Assembly (NCBI GenBank): GCA_964458305.1
Contig: CAYWIH010000001.1
Coordinates: 24,521 to 88,520, forward strand
Direction of reading: 5' to 3'
DNA: 64,000 nt
Source of the DNA: an uncultured bacterium
Lineage (GTDB): Bacteria; Cyanobacteriota; Cyanobacteriia; Cyanobacteriales; JASJDA01
The notes under the pieces are model-generated. The model was not told the DNA's origin and ran no database searches. It saw nothing but the letters and a program-made list of their open reading frames with translations. Both the position numbers and the translations under genes were made by a program. Numbering within the stretch: position 1 is the stretch's first letter; every line of letters starts with the position of its first letter. Shown piece after piece: positions 1 through 11,087 of the stretch.

Positions 1-37
1 TTGATGATGGTTTGTCTGGTGGTGAATTGGATGTCAT
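1..37 (-). CDS. 5' end of a gene running off the left edge (MTSNSPPDKPSS...), divergent from the TetR regulator
   Basis: ATG at 37 on the minus strand, frame open to the window edge; only 12 codons visible. Confidence 0.4.
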   Translation of the reverse strand, partial: MTSNSPPDKPSS

Positions 38-55
38 GATTTTAACTGCTGTAAA

Positions 56-291
56 TCAAACGACCGTTTTAATAGCGAAAAAAATAAATAAAACAAAGTA
101 GATTGATAATTCTATCTAAACAATGTTTAAAATTATTGTCAACTTTCGGACACTAACCATTAAAACATACGTTTGAAAAAAAAACGAGGTATTTTTTGCA
201 AATCGTGAAACTAAAAGACTGTGACGGTCGAAACTTTATATAATAGAAGTCATCGTTTTTATCAAAATAATAGTTCATACGTTTGTTTTAA
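56..291. promoter_or_regulatory. Three PsrA-like TetR operator palindromes (about 56-72, 160-177, 274-291)
   Basis: tcaaacgaccgttttaa, ttaaaacatacgtttgaa and ttcatacgtttgttttaa resemble TCAAACG-N2-CGTTTGA and lie in the divergent region upstream of a PsrA-like TetR gene. Confidence 0.65.
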
Positions 292-292
292 T

Positions 293-919
293 ATGAAAGC
301 TTCTAGTACGATCGACACTAAAGAGCAAATTCTCACCGTTGCAGAAGAATTATTTGCAGAATTAGGATATGCTGGAACGTCGCTGCGTCGAGTGATTAAA
401 GAAGCGGGAGTTAACTTATCTGCGGTTCACTATCACTTTGGTTCTAAAGAAGAATTATTCCGCGCTGTGGTAGCTAGGACGGCCCAACCAATTGTAACAA
501 AAAGTTTAGAGCAATTAGCAATAGTCGAAGCTAACAAAGAAAATCCCAGCGTTGAAGATATTTTAGAAGCCTTTCTAGCTCCTTCATTAGAAATAATTAT
601 CGATCGAAAAATCGATAGTCCACTAAACTGCGCTAGACTGATCGGACGTTCTCGCACCGAACCAGATCCGATTCAAGAAATTGCTGAAGAAGAATTCGAA
701 AAATTAGGTCAAGCTTATTTAGACGCACTGCAGAGAATTTTACCAGACCAATCCCGAAATCAAATAGATTGGAAATTGGATTTAGTAGTTGCTGGATTAA
801 TTCGCGTTCTCACCGAAGCAGGAAAACCTAATGCTTTAATTGAGGATAATTCACCAGAAAGCGTCAAAGTTGCAGTATCTAAATTAGTGACTTTTTTTGC
901 TCCAGCAATGAGATCTTAA
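293..919 (+). CDS. TetR/AcrR family transcriptional regulator (PsrA-like)
   Basis: HTH TKEQILTVAEELFAELGYAGTSLRRVIKEAGVNLSAVHYHFGSKEELF; ATG 293 preferred over GTG 221. Confidence 0.93.
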   Translation: MKASSTIDTKEQILTVAEELFAELGYAGTSLRRVIKEAGVNLSAVHYHFGSKEELFRAVVARTAQPIVTKSLEQLAIVEANKENPSVEDILEAFLAPSLEIIIDRKIDSPLNCARLIGRSRTEPDPIQEIAEEEFEKLGQAYLDALQRILPDQSRNQIDWKLDLVVAGLIRVLTEAGKPNALIEDNSPESVKVAVSKLVTFFAPAMRS

Positions 920-942
920 TAAGAACGTCGCGATCGAGTTGA

Positions 943-1458
943 TTAACGACAACCCAAACTATCTCTAGTAGCGACTCCGGTAACTGGGTTAACTCCTTCA
1001 GCCCTTTTACACATTAAAGATGTTTGATAGCGATCGACAATAGCATCGGAAAAATCAGCCCCGGTGATATTAGCATCGTAGAAAGTTGTACTGCTTAAAA
1101 TAGCATCGGTAAAAATAGCATTAGTCAAATTAGCATCGTCAAAAAAAGCGCGATCGGCGAAAGTTTTGGTCAGATTTGCTCCGGTTAAATCTGCTTGAAT
1201 GAAAGTAGCTTTAGTTAAAATAGTAAAACTGAGATCTGAATTTTTAAAAGAAGCCCTCCGCAGATCTGCACCAGCAAAAGATGTTCCTGTTAAATCTCGA
1301 TCGGAAAAATCTTCGTTGCGTAATTCGCTCAAGGTATAATTAACTTTTCCCTCGATCGCTATTGCTTTTTGGGGAACGGCACACCAAAATATTGTTAGGA
1401 AAAAAGAGAGACAAATTGCTAAAATCCTGCGGGTAAAAGTTGTTTTTTTTGCTTTCAT
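943..1458 (-). CDS. Pentapeptide repeat protein with signal peptide (lumenal/periplasmic)
   Basis: A(D/N)Lxx repeats, N-terminal signal peptide, C-terminal C..A.G.NP.TG..TR.SLGC. Confidence 0.92.
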   Translation of the reverse strand: MKAKKTTFTRRILAICLSFFLTIFWCAVPQKAIAIEGKVNYTLSELRNEDFSDRDLTGTSFAGADLRRASFKNSDLSFTILTKATFIQADLTGANLTKTFADRAFFDDANLTNAIFTDAILSSTTFYDANITGADFSDAIVDRYQTSLMCKRAEGVNPVTGVATRDSLGCR

Positions 1459-1845
1459 TAGTTACTCAAACTCTACATTCTCTACATTACTTTATTTATA
1501 ATATATTTCGATCCAAAATCGATAAATTTTTATTACAAATTCTTGCTATTCAAGTGCTTTCTATATTTGAGAATTTGATTTTGCGATCGATTTATTTGTA
1601 TTTATGATAAAGGATATATTGATATTAGATTGCGCTCGACTATTATAAAATATAATTTTAATACTGGTAAAAATAAATAGGATTGTAAAATTATTAGTCA
1701 TCTATTAGATTGCCTTAAAACTAATTTAAATACTTTCAAGAATAAATATTTTATTTTGTCTCATATTTGAGAATAAATAGTATTCGATCTTACTATCCGA
1801 TCGAGCCGTTCTATTATTTCTGGTTTATTTGAATATTATTTGTTG

Positions 1846-2508
1846 TCACTTGTTATTTAAAACCCCAGCACGACAATCTTTTAACCAAGTTTTAATTGCG
1901 CGACCAATATAACTATTACTTGTTTCTTTTGGAGGTAAAGGAATTTCATTTTTATTGGTTTTTCCCAGTCGAGAAAATAGCATCGCCATCCTCCAACCAC
2001 TGTCCGATCGAGCTAAAAATAACCGATGAAAATTTTGCTTTTCTACGGCTTTATTATTTATATATTCTCTTTCTAAGGTAGTAAAAAATACTTGTTCTGG
2101 CGATTTTTTTAAAACTGGATCGTATTCGAGATTATTTAGATTAATTGGTTCAAATTCTGCTTTTCCTGCTACAATAACGTAATTAGAAACTTTAAACTCT
2201 TCGTTAATTTCAGAAAGCGATTTCCGACGAGCTATTTCTCGATTGGCATAATTTGGCAAATCTCTCAACATCAAATTCGTTAGAGTCTCTAAATTTTCAG
2301 GACAATTTAAAGAATCTTTTCGATCGACCTTGAAACTACTTACTAATTTTCCCTCGATCGGCTTTCTAACTACACTACTAATAACTTCTCGATTCGATCG
2401 CAATAATCTTTTACTGCTTGCTGCTTGAAAATCGATCGCCTGCCAAAACAGCGCAGTAAATAACCCAGTATAAAAAATATTACTACAAAACTTCAGCCAA
2501 TTCTTCAC
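1846..2508 (-). CDS. Conserved cyanobacterial hypothetical exported protein
   Basis: 220-aa ORF overlapping the pyrF stop; [20 protein letters not shown] and terminal WLKDCRAG motifs. Confidence 0.75.
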   Translation of the reverse strand: MKNWLKFCSNIFYTGLFTALFWQAIDFQAASSKRLLRSNREVISSVVRKPIEGKLVSSFKVDRKDSLNCPENLETLTNLMLRDLPNYANREIARRKSLSEINEEFKVSNYVIVAGKAEFEPINLNNLEYDPVLKKSPEQVFFTTLEREYINNKAVEKQNFHRLFLARSDSGWRMAMLFSRLGKTNKNEIPLPPKETSNSYIGRAIKTWLKDCRAGVLNNK

Positions 2509-3190
2509 AAATTCTCTCCCAGGCTAAGACCGGATCTTCAGCAGCAATAATCGGACGACCGATTACCAAATAGTTAGCCCCCGATCTAATTGCCTTTGCT
2601 GGAGTCATAACCCGCTTTTGATCTCCTGTTTCTGCCCATTTCGGACGCACTCCGGGACAAACTAACAAAAAATCATCCCCGCAAACCCTTCGCAAAGTTT
2701 CTGCTTCTAAAGGAGAACAAACCGCCCCATCGATACCAGAATCTTTAGCAAGTAAAGCTAATTGTAAAACATAATCCGATAATTCTAAAGGAATTTTTAG
2801 ATCGATCGCCAATTCTCTAGAATTGATACTAGTAAGTAGGGTAACGGCTAATAATTTCGTCTGAGAATCCTTATTTTTACTAGCTTTTGCTGCTTTTTCT
2901 AAAGCTTTTCTTCCAGCAGTAGCGTGGATCGTTAATAAATCTACCTTTTTAGCCACAGCAGAGTTAATCGCCCCCACCATAGTATTAGGGATATCGTGAA
3001 ATTTTAGATCCAAAAAGATCCTTTTTTGCTTTTCTTGCAAAATATTCAGAATGCGATCGCCGCAACTGACAAATAACTCTAACCCAACTTTCCACCAAAC
3101 TACCCCAGACAATTTATTAATTAAAGCGATCGCTTCTGTTTCGCTTGCTACATCTAAAGGGACGATTATTTTTTCGGCTGGATCTTTCAT
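2483..3190 (-). CDS. pyrF: Orotidine-5'-phosphate decarboxylase
   Basis: [17 protein letters not shown]...[14 protein letters not shown] motifs. Confidence 0.97.
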   Translation of the reverse strand: MKDPAEKIIVPLDVASETEAIALINKLSGVVWWKVGLELFVSCGDRILNILQEKQKRIFLDLKFHDIPNTMVGAINSAVAKKVDLLTIHATAGRKALEKAAKASKNKDSQTKLLAVTLLTSINSRELAIDLKIPLELSDYVLQLALLAKDSGIDGAVCSPLEAETLRRVCGDDFLLVCPGVRPKWAETGDQKRVMTPAKAIRSGANYLVIGRPIIAAEDPVLAWERICEELAEVL

Positions 3191-3219
3191 AGATCGGTTG
3201 CTTTTTTATCAATTTTATG

Positions 3220-4413
3220 CTAAGTAAGTTTGATAAATTTTTTCTTACCTACTTGTAAAACTTTACCTTGCAGAGTATCGGCAGAATCAAATTTAAGATC
3301 GACATCGCTAATGCGATCGCCATCCAAACGCACCGCACCTCCTTTTATTTGTCTTTTACCATCGCCGCTACTTTTACACAAGCCACTAGCATTGAGAATA
3401 TAGTATAACGGGGCAGGAAATTCAATCTCCGATAAAGAATATTCGGGAATTGTTTCTTCTTCTCCTGCTGCTGCTTTTTCTGCCGCTTCTTTGCCATGAT
3501 ATTGACTTACTATTGTTTTAGCCAGTAAAATTTGCTTTTCTCTAGCATCTTCTGGCAACTCATCCAAAGATAAATTAGTCAGCAACTCGAAATAATCACT
3601 TACCACAGAATCGGGAATATTCTGTAACTTTTGATACATAGATAGAGCATCTTCACCCAAACCGACGTAATTACCCAGAGACTTAGACATTTTTTGGTTG
3701 CCATTTATACCGAGGATAATCGGCATTAACAAGCCAAATTGAGGGGATTTCTTGCCAAAATAGCGTTGTAAATCGCGACCGACAGCAATATTAAACTTTT
3801 GATCCGTGCCACCCAATTCTATATCAGCCTCGATCGCCACAGAATCGTAACCCTGCATTAAAGGATATAAAAATTCATGAAGATAGATCGGATTTTCTTG
3901 AGAATAGCGATCGGCAAAACCTTCTTTAGCTAACATTTGGCCTACAGTCATAGTAGCAAGAAGTTCCTGGATTTTAGCCAAATTAAGATCCTTTAACCAT
4001 TCGGAATTGTAGCGAATTTCCAAACGTCCCGGAGTATCAAAATCCAAAATAGGACGCAAACGATCCAAATATTGGGCAGAATTTTCCTTAACTTCTTCGG
4101 CAGTTAGTTGCTTGCGAACGTCCGATCGACCCGTGGGATCGCCAATTTGAGCCGTAAAATCGCCAATAATCACAACCGCCGTGTGGCCGGCATCTTGAAA
4201 AGATCGCAATTTTCGAAAAGCAATACTGTGGCCGAGATGAATGTCTGGGGCAGTGGGATCGATTCCTAATTTTACACGCAAAGGTCGATCGGTTTTAGCA
4301 ATTTTAACGGCAAGATTTTCATCGGGGTTGTCGCTGTCAGTGCGATCGGGGAAAATTTCGCTAGTTCCACGATTCAACCAAGCTAAATTTTCAGTTTTTA
4401 ACGATACGGTCAT
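3220..4413 (-). CDS. tyrS: Tyrosine--tRNA ligase
   Basis: [27 protein letters not shown]-terminal S4 domain. Confidence 0.98.
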   Translation of the reverse strand: MTVSLKTENLAWLNRGTSEIFPDRTDSDNPDENLAVKIAKTDRPLRVKLGIDPTAPDIHLGHSIAFRKLRSFQDAGHTAVVIIGDFTAQIGDPTGRSDVRKQLTAEEVKENSAQYLDRLRPILDFDTPGRLEIRYNSEWLKDLNLAKIQELLATMTVGQMLAKEGFADRYSQENPIYLHEFLYPLMQGYDSVAIEADIELGGTDQKFNIAVGRDLQRYFGKKSPQFGLLMPIILGINGNQKMSKSLGNYVGLGEDALSMYQKLQNIPDSVVSDYFELLTNLSLDELPEDAREKQILLAKTIVSQYHGKEAAEKAAAGEEETIPEYSLSEIEFPAPLYYILNASGLCKSSGDGKRQIKGGAVRLDGDRISDVDLKFDSADTLQGKVLQVGKKKFIKLT

Positions 4414-4689
4414 AATTAAAGCAAGCTAAATTTTCAGTTTATAAAGAAAAGACAAGCTCGACAGATCGAAAGCTTTGTCAAGCCGCTAAATATTATCACA
4501 AGAAGTTCCTTCTCAACTTTACCGACTAAAGTCAAATCCCGTCGATGTCACCAGAATTTACAGATAAATAGGAATAATTATATTAGACTATCGTAAGTTG
4601 CTTTATCATCTAACACAAATACTAATATTTTTCTAGATTAACCTGTAAATAGTTCCAGCGAATTTAGCGAGTGAGGGAGTGTAATTCAA

Positions 4690-6627
4690 GTGTCATCATC
4701 AACTACTCTACAAAAAACATCAGAAATTATTAAAAGCTGGCTACCTGGTCTAAAAACCTTTGCCATTGGCACTGCAAAAGCTTCAGGAGGAACGATTTTA
4801 GGAATTAGTATGCTAGCTAGTTCGGTAGTCGCTGGGGGATTGTTAGGTTTAGCAATCAGTTTCCGAAATCTACCAGATGTTAGGGTATTGGGCAGCTACG
4901 TACCTTCTCAAACCAGCTATATTTACGATATTAAAGGTAGGACGATAGCACGATTGCACGGAGAAGAAAATAGAGAATTAGTTAAATTATCCGAAATTTC
5001 TCCCGAATTAAAAAGAGCAGTTCTCGCGATCGAAGATAGCCATTTTTACGACCATGAAGGAGTGAATTTCAACAGCATGGGTCGGGCTTTCATGGTTAAT
5101 CTAGAAAGAGGAGAAGTAGTAGAAGGGGCTTCTACTATCACTATGCAATTGATTAAAAATCTTTTTCTGACTCGCGATCGAGTTTACAGTCGCAAACTTG
5201 CCGAAGTGGTAATGGCAATTCGAGTCGAACAGGTTTTTAGCAAAGACGAACTTTTAGAGATATATCTAAATAATATTTATTGGGGACACAATACTTATGG
5301 CGTTAAAACTGCCGCCGAAAGTTATTTTAACAAAGACCCTAAAGACTTAAGTTTGGCAGAAGCATCAATGATGGCCGGATTGATTCAAGCCCCCGAAAGA
5401 TACAGCCCCTTCGTCAACTATAAAGCAACCAAACGCCGACAAGCCACAGTTTTAAGGCGAATGCGCGAGTTAGGTTGGATTAGCAAAGCAGAAGAAATAG
5501 CCGCTACCAAAGAACCCCTTTTAGTCGGCAAACCTACCGCTTGGAATCAAAAAGACATTCCTTACGTCACTCAAGCAGTAATCGAAGAATTAAACAAAAC
5601 TTTCGGCGTAGAAAACGTCCGTAGAGGTGGGCTGAGAGTTCAGATTACCGTAGATAAAGATTTTCAAGAAATGGCACAACAAACCGTTATCCAAAGCCAT
5701 CAGAGATTGCGTTATTGGGGCGTAAATGCCGATCAAATAGCCTTGGTTGCTGTCGATCCTCGCACCCACTACGTCAAAGCCTTAGTCGGCGGCTTAGATT
5801 ACAGTAAAAGTCAGTTCAATCGCGCTACACAAGCCAAACGCCAACCCGGATCTTCTTTTAAACCCTTCGTCTACTATACCGCTCTAGCCAGCGGAGAATA
5901 CGAACCCGATACCGAGATCGAAGACAAACCAGTTCGCTATCGAGTGGTTTCCGGCTATTACGAACCTAAAAACTATACTAAAAAATATGTCGGTAAAACA
6001 AATCTCAGAAGTGCCTTGATGCACTCTATGAACGTACCCGCAGTTAAAGTTGGTAAATCTGTAGGCTTGAATCGAGTCATCGAAGTTTGTCAAATGTTAG
6101 GCATTGAAAGTACCTTACAACCAGTTCTTTCCCTACCTTTAGGATCGATGGAAGTTACACCCCTAGAAATGGCAGGTGCTTATGCTACCTTCGCTAGCAA
6201 CGGTTGGCACTCAGATCCGACATTGATCGTCCGCGTTACCGACTCTGAAGGTAATGTCTTGTTAAATAATATCCCCAGACCCAAGTTAATCTTAGACGAG
6301 TGGGCAGTTGCTTCCCTCAATAGTATGTTACAAGATGTAGTAAAAAGAGGGACTGGAACGGCAGCACAAATCGGCAGACCAGTTGCAGGTAAAACCGGAA
6401 CTACTGAAGACGAAAGAGATGTTTGGTTTGTAGGCTACGTCCCCCAACTAGCCACTGCAGTTTGGATCGGTAACGATAACTACAAGCCGATCGGCAAAGG
6501 AGCGACAGGAGGTCAACACGCTGCTCCTATTTGGCGAGATTTTATGCTTAAAGCACTAGAAAACGAACCAGTCAAATATTTTCCTTCTCCTACTAATTAT
6601 TCTCAGCCCGTGCCTTCTCGATATTAA
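4690..6627 (+). CDS. Class A penicillin-binding protein (transglycosylase/transpeptidase, PBP1A family)
   Basis: EDSHFYDH, GASTITMQL, RKLAE, PGSSFK (SxxK), SMN, KTGT. Confidence 0.95.
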   Translation: MSSSTTLQKTSEIIKSWLPGLKTFAIGTAKASGGTILGISMLASSVVAGGLLGLAISFRNLPDVRVLGSYVPSQTSYIYDIKGRTIARLHGEENRELVKLSEISPELKRAVLAIEDSHFYDHEGVNFNSMGRAFMVNLERGEVVEGASTITMQLIKNLFLTRDRVYSRKLAEVVMAIRVEQVFSKDELLEIYLNNIYWGHNTYGVKTAAESYFNKDPKDLSLAEASMMAGLIQAPERYSPFVNYKATKRRQATVLRRMRELGWISKAEEIAATKEPLLVGKPTAWNQKDIPYVTQAVIEELNKTFGVENVRRGGLRVQITVDKDFQEMAQQTVIQSHQRLRYWGVNADQIALVAVDPRTHYVKALVGGLDYSKSQFNRATQAKRQPGSSFKPFVYYTALASGEYEPDTEIEDKPVRYRVVSGYYEPKNYTKKYVGKTNLRSALMHSMNVPAVKVGKSVGLNRVIEVCQMLGIESTLQPVLSLPLGSMEVTPLEMAGAYATFASNGWHSDPTLIVRVTDSEGNVLLNNIPRPKLILDEWAVASLNSMLQDVVKRGTGTAAQIGRPVAGKTGTTEDERDVWFVGYVPQLATAVWIGNDNYKPIGKGATGGQHAAPIWRDFMLKALENEPVKYFPSPTNYSQPVPSRY

Positions 6628-6676
6628 AATCAGATCGACTACGATCGAGGAGCAAGAATAAAGCAGGCGATCGTAA

Positions 6677-7000
6677 CTAAGATTTTTTCTCTAACTCGGA
6701 TTTCATTCTTTCTAAAGTCAGATGCATTTGCTGAAACATTTGGTCTGGAGTAATCCCAAATTGACCTAATTGAGTTTTTAATTGTTGTACCGTCATCTGA
6801 GCCATAAAATCTTCTGATAGCTCGAAACGCTTCATAAAAATTTTGTAGCGTTCCATTAATTCTTCCATGCGTTCGATATATATCTTTTTACCAGCGCGAT
6901 CGAACTTGCCATATTCGCTACCAATTTGCATTAAAGATTGATAATCTTCAAATAGCTGCTTGGCTTCTTGCTGAACTACTTCCGAGTCAAAAAATCCCAT
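6677..7000 (-). CDS. DUF1825 family protein
   Basis: MGFFDSEVVQQEAKQLFEDYQ..GKFDR.GK typical of this cyanobacterial family. Confidence 0.85.
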   Translation of the reverse strand: MGFFDSEVVQQEAKQLFEDYQSLMQIGSEYGKFDRAGKKIYIERMEELMERYKIFMKRFELSEDFMAQMTVQQLKTQLGQFGITPDQMFQQMHLTLERMKSELEKKS

Positions 7001-7221
7001 TGTTTTCTAGTTGATTTACTAAAATAATTAAATAACCCCTAGCGGGATGCATTTTTATTTTTATTGTAAATTAGTAAAAAGATGCCAGAAAATACGGGTT
7101 TCCGTATTTCTCGATCGCCAAAGATGCTAAATCGATCCGAGTCCGATGGCAAAAGTCAACACCATAGCTCGATCTGCTGCTAACAAATAAGTTCAAAAAT
7201 CATTCGCTTGGCAAAATTCCA

Positions 7222-7629
7222 GTGTGGGAAACTCTATTAAACAAACAAAAAAATCGCAAACTTGCAGTAATTCTAGCTCTGTTGGGAACTGTAACTCCAA
7301 CCGCAGGATTGCATAAATTTTATGTCGGCCAACCTTTTTGGGGTTGTATTTATATTGTCTTTTTGTTTGTAATTCCGCCCTTACCTCATATTGCTTGCGC
7401 CATCGAAGCAGTTTGGTATTTAATTCTCGATCGCGAACAATTCGAGTTAAGATTTAATAGCAATACCTACAAACCAAATATTACCCCCAACTCCGATCTG
7501 GTGGTGCGATCGAATGTTGAAAATATTGGCACAGCTTTACGAGAATTAGATCGATTGCGCTGCGATGGATTGATTTCAGAATATGAATTCGAGCAAAAAC
7601 GTCGTCAACTAATCGATCGAATCAATTAA
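7222..7629 (+). CDS. TM2/NINE domain membrane protein with C-terminal SHOCT domain
   Basis: KNRKLAVILAL..GLHKFYVGQ..WG; GLISEYEFEQKRRQL. Confidence 0.85.
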   Translation: MWETLLNKQKNRKLAVILALLGTVTPTAGLHKFYVGQPFWGCIYIVFLFVIPPLPHIACAIEAVWYLILDREQFELRFNSNTYKPNITPNSDLVVRSNVENIGTALRELDRLRCDGLISEYEFEQKRRQLIDRIN

Positions 7630-7634
7630 AATCC

Positions 7635-8195
7635 ATGAATAAGTTTAACTGGCTCTCTTCCTCGATCGAATTTACTAAAAAATTAACCGATCGACAGGCC
7701 TCGATTAAAACCAAGATTCTCAACGATCCCTATTATCGCTTTCAAAATTTAACAGAAATAGCCATAGCTGCCGAACTCGGAGTTAAAATCGATGTAAATC
7801 GTGCTACCGTAGATGATTGGTTGAGATTGCCAGGAATTTCTATCCATCAGGGCAGAAATCTCGTAGAGCTGACCAATATGGGGATATCGTTTCTCTCGAT
7901 TGAAGACTTAGCCGCAGCGTTAAACACCAGTTGCGATCGCCTCCGACACATCGAACCTCTTTTAGAATTCTGTTATTACGATCCTCAAAGTACTTTGTAC
8001 CCTCAAAGGATCGATATAAACTCAGCAACTAACCAGCAACTAGCAGAACTACCCTTTGTCGATTCGGATCTAGCAGAGCTAATCTTCGAAAATCGAGAAA
8101 AATACGGTAAATATCGCAATTTGGCCGATTTGCAACGACGTTTATCCCTCGACATTCAACTTATCGGACAATTAATGCACTATTTAAATTTTTAA
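7635..8195 (+). CDS. ComEA family helix-hairpin-helix DNA-binding protein
   Basis: IDVNRATVDDWLRLPGI and IDINSATNQQLAELP HhH repeats. Confidence 0.85.
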   Translation: MNKFNWLSSSIEFTKKLTDRQASIKTKILNDPYYRFQNLTEIAIAAELGVKIDVNRATVDDWLRLPGISIHQGRNLVELTNMGISFLSIEDLAAALNTSCDRLRHIEPLLEFCYYDPQSTLYPQRIDINSATNQQLAELPFVDSDLAELIFENREKYGKYRNLADLQRRLSLDIQLIGQLMHYLNF

Positions 8196-10771
8196 TTTTT
8201 TCCGTTATTTTGTTTGGGTTTAGTTAAATTATCTCTAGTAGAACTCCCTTCCCCAATACCTATTTTTGAAGTTTTACTGGCATCGAGAGCCGCTTTAGGA
8301 TAAGCAATACGCTTATGATTCGACTGTTGCCAAACATTAACAAACACCTCGGCAATAATCGGAAACTCTTCTCTTTTCAATCCGCAATCTGCTAATTGAC
8401 CGTCTTGCAACCGCGCCCTAAAAATCTTATTGACCATGTTTAAAGCTTTTTCTGGAGTAGCATCTTTAAGACTCCGTAAAGCCGCTTCGCAGCCATCAGC
8501 CAGCATCACGATTCCCGTTTCTCGAGATTGAGGAACCGGGCCGTCGTAGCGAAAATCATATTCTTGAGGTAAAGTTTCTGCGGCCGTCTCGGCTTGTTGC
8601 TTAGCTTGATAATAAAAATAGGAAATCAACAAAGTTCCTTGATGTTCGGGAATAAAATCGCGAATTGCTTTTGGCAAACCGTATTTGCGAGCCATAACCA
8701 ATCCTTCAGTAACGTGCTTTCTAATAATTTCCGTACTTATATAAGGATCGTTAATTATATCGTGTTTGTTCGGCCCGCCCATTTGATTTTCAATAAATCC
8801 TAGGGGATCGTGCATTTTGCCAATATCGTGATAAAGAGTCCCCGCTCTGACTAACTCTACATTACAATGCAATTCTCTAGCTGCCGCTTCCGCTAAAGAA
8901 GCAACAAACATCGTATGTTGAAAAGTCCCCGGTGCTTCGGTTGCCAGACGTTTTAGCAAAGGTCTGTTGGGATTGGATAATTCGGCCAAACGAATCGGCG
9001 TAACTAAATCAAATAAACGTTCTAAATATGGCGATATACCTAGAGCGATCGTACACCAAGCCAAACCAGAAAATCCGCAAACAATTGCTGGAGTGAGTAC
9101 TAGATACCAGATAGTTAAGGGAGCAGGAGAAATAATTAAATTAACAATTAAATATACGCCTGTTTGAGTTAAACCTATTGCACCGCCTAAAATAGCTAAT
9201 TCTTCGCGAGAACGCAATCTACCGGCCATAGCTGCTGCAACCAATCCCCCAACAGCTCCAGCGATCGCATAATCCCAACCAAAACTAGTACTACTTGCGG
9301 CACTAAAAAACATCAATCCAGTTAGCAAACTGACTTGAGTCATTCCCAAGGCTGGACTGTAAAAACTACTAACTAACAAACCAACGGCCGGCAAACTGGT
9401 ATAACGAAATCCTAAAATTACCAATAAAGGCACGCTCAAACTCAGCAAACATAATAAAATGCGATCGCGACGGCGCATCAAAGAGCCATAAACTCGCTTT
9501 TCTATTAGCAAAAATATAAATACTACCGCGCTAACGAAAATCCCAGATATTCCCAAACCTTCCCATTTAATCGTTCTCCCGCTCAAGCCAAAATTATCGA
9601 GCAACACAAAATCCTCTTGAGTTATTTTCTCTCCCGCAGTGACGATCGCTTCTCCTTTTTCGATCGATACGAATACCGGAGGTACTCCCTCTGCTGCTTG
9701 TTGTGCTTTTCTTTGAGTTGCTTCGATATCTTCAGTTAAATTAGGCTCGATTACTGAGATTAGCAAATTAGCGGCTACTGGTTCGGTTACTGCAGGTACT
9801 AGATTGTTAAGATTTTTTTCAACCGCATTTTTTATAATGTTGCGGGGCAATCCGCGAGCGATACCTTGATTGAAAATCCGCTCTCCAGCCAGGAGAATGC
9901 CTCTTTTGGTTTGATTCCAACTCGAGTCTGGTAAATTTAGCAGCAAAATTTTGTTTTCGATCTCAGAGTTACTAATTTGCTCTTGAGTTAATCTGGTTTG
10001 AGCCAAACCATATCCTTGTCGAGCTTGAGTTATTTTTACTTGTAATGACTCGTAAGCATCCTCGCTCGATCGCTGACGATAATTCTGTAATTCTGAAGTA
10101 GCTTGTTGAATTTCTCTTTTGAGCTGTTTTTTATTTTTTTCCGACCAAAAACCTGGTTCGTCTGGATTGATTTCTTCTGAGTGTGCTACTGCTGCTAAGA
10201 TTGTCTGCCATTCCCAATCTTGACTGGAGCGTAAATATCGCTGAGTCGGGAGAGACAAAATTTTGACATCTACAAATGGAAAAGATCCCGTTAATTTTCT
10301 CAGTTGCTCGATCTCGTTGAGATAAGCACCTATTTTGCCTTCCATTTGTTTGGTGATTTTTCGATCTAGTTTCAAAATCGGTACTACACCAGTTCTAATT
10401 GCTTGACGTTTTTCTCTGGTGGTTTTAACGTCCTCAAACCGATCGCTTCTTGGTGCGATTATTGTCCTCGGAGATATGGTGTCGACTGCCAAACTGGGGT
10501 GGTTATAAAAGCGATATCCTACTACCGACGTTAGCGATAAGATCGCTACGATTAATAAAACCGAAGAATGGACTTTTTTTAAGTTTCGAGAGATTTTTTT
10601 TCTTGCGGTGCTGCTGGCAACTTCGTATTTAGAATTGCCGTTATTTTTTTGCTGCTTTATTTTTTCAGCTAGAGTTTTTTTAGCTTTTTCGATCGCGACA
10701 TTGAAGTACTTAAACCGAGATTTTCCCAGCCACTCCTCAATTTGTCGCGTCAATAAATTAAGCCTTTTCAT
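8192..10771 (-). CDS. 7TM-HD membrane phosphohydrolase (PgpH-like, probable c-di-AMP phosphodiesterase)
   Basis: Extracytoplasmic domain plus multiple TMs, then ELSNPNRPLL..EAPGTFQH, YHDIGK, EHQGT, MLADGCEAA. Confidence 0.9.
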   Translation of the reverse strand: MKRLNLLTRQIEEWLGKSRFKYFNVAIEKAKKTLAEKIKQQKNNGNSKYEVASSTARKKISRNLKKVHSSVLLIVAILSLTSVVGYRFYNHPSLAVDTISPRTIIAPRSDRFEDVKTTREKRQAIRTGVVPILKLDRKITKQMEGKIGAYLNEIEQLRKLTGSFPFVDVKILSLPTQRYLRSSQDWEWQTILAAVAHSEEINPDEPGFWSEKNKKQLKREIQQATSELQNYRQRSSEDAYESLQVKITQARQGYGLAQTRLTQEQISNSEIENKILLLNLPDSSWNQTKRGILLAGERIFNQGIARGLPRNIIKNAVEKNLNNLVPAVTEPVAANLLISVIEPNLTEDIEATQRKAQQAAEGVPPVFVSIEKGEAIVTAGEKITQEDFVLLDNFGLSGRTIKWEGLGISGIFVSAVVFIFLLIEKRVYGSLMRRRDRILLCLLSLSVPLLVILGFRYTSLPAVGLLVSSFYSPALGMTQVSLLTGLMFFSAASSTSFGWDYAIAGAVGGLVAAAMAGRLRSREELAILGGAIGLTQTGVYLIVNLIISPAPLTIWYLVLTPAIVCGFSGLAWCTIALGISPYLERLFDLVTPIRLAELSNPNRPLLKRLATEAPGTFQHTMFVASLAEAAARELHCNVELVRAGTLYHDIGKMHDPLGFIENQMGGPNKHDIINDPYISTEIIRKHVTEGLVMARKYGLPKAIRDFIPEHQGTLLISYFYYQAKQQAETAAETLPQEYDFRYDGPVPQSRETGIVMLADGCEAALRSLKDATPEKALNMVNKIFRARLQDGQLADCGLKREEFPIIAEVFVNVWQQSNHKRIAYPKAALDASKTSKIGIGEGSSTRDNLTKPKQNNGKN

Positions 10772-11087
10772 GGTTTGTGGAGACTATTCCCAGCATTCGA
10801 GCTTTGGTTGTGTTTGATTGTTGAAACTAATTTTATGCGATCCTTAACAAGACAACGTTCTCGTTTTTGTTGTTTTTATTTTCTAGTAACATTTTCCCCT
10901 CCAGACAGGCTTTTTGTTTATTGTTTTTTTTGCTCGATGTTTGCGACTAAATCGATCCATCGAGATCTTGGGTGTTAATTTTTTCTGATTGTTTTCGATA
11001 TATTGGCATATTCTCCTCCAACATAACTCGATCTCATTAAATTAGTATTTTACTAATTTTAAGTTATGTAACCAAAATCTTTATTGT

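Noticed and set aside
1459..1845. Very AT-rich spacer as a possible origin or island edge
   Set aside because: No DnaA-box array or direct repeats; flanked by ordinary genes.
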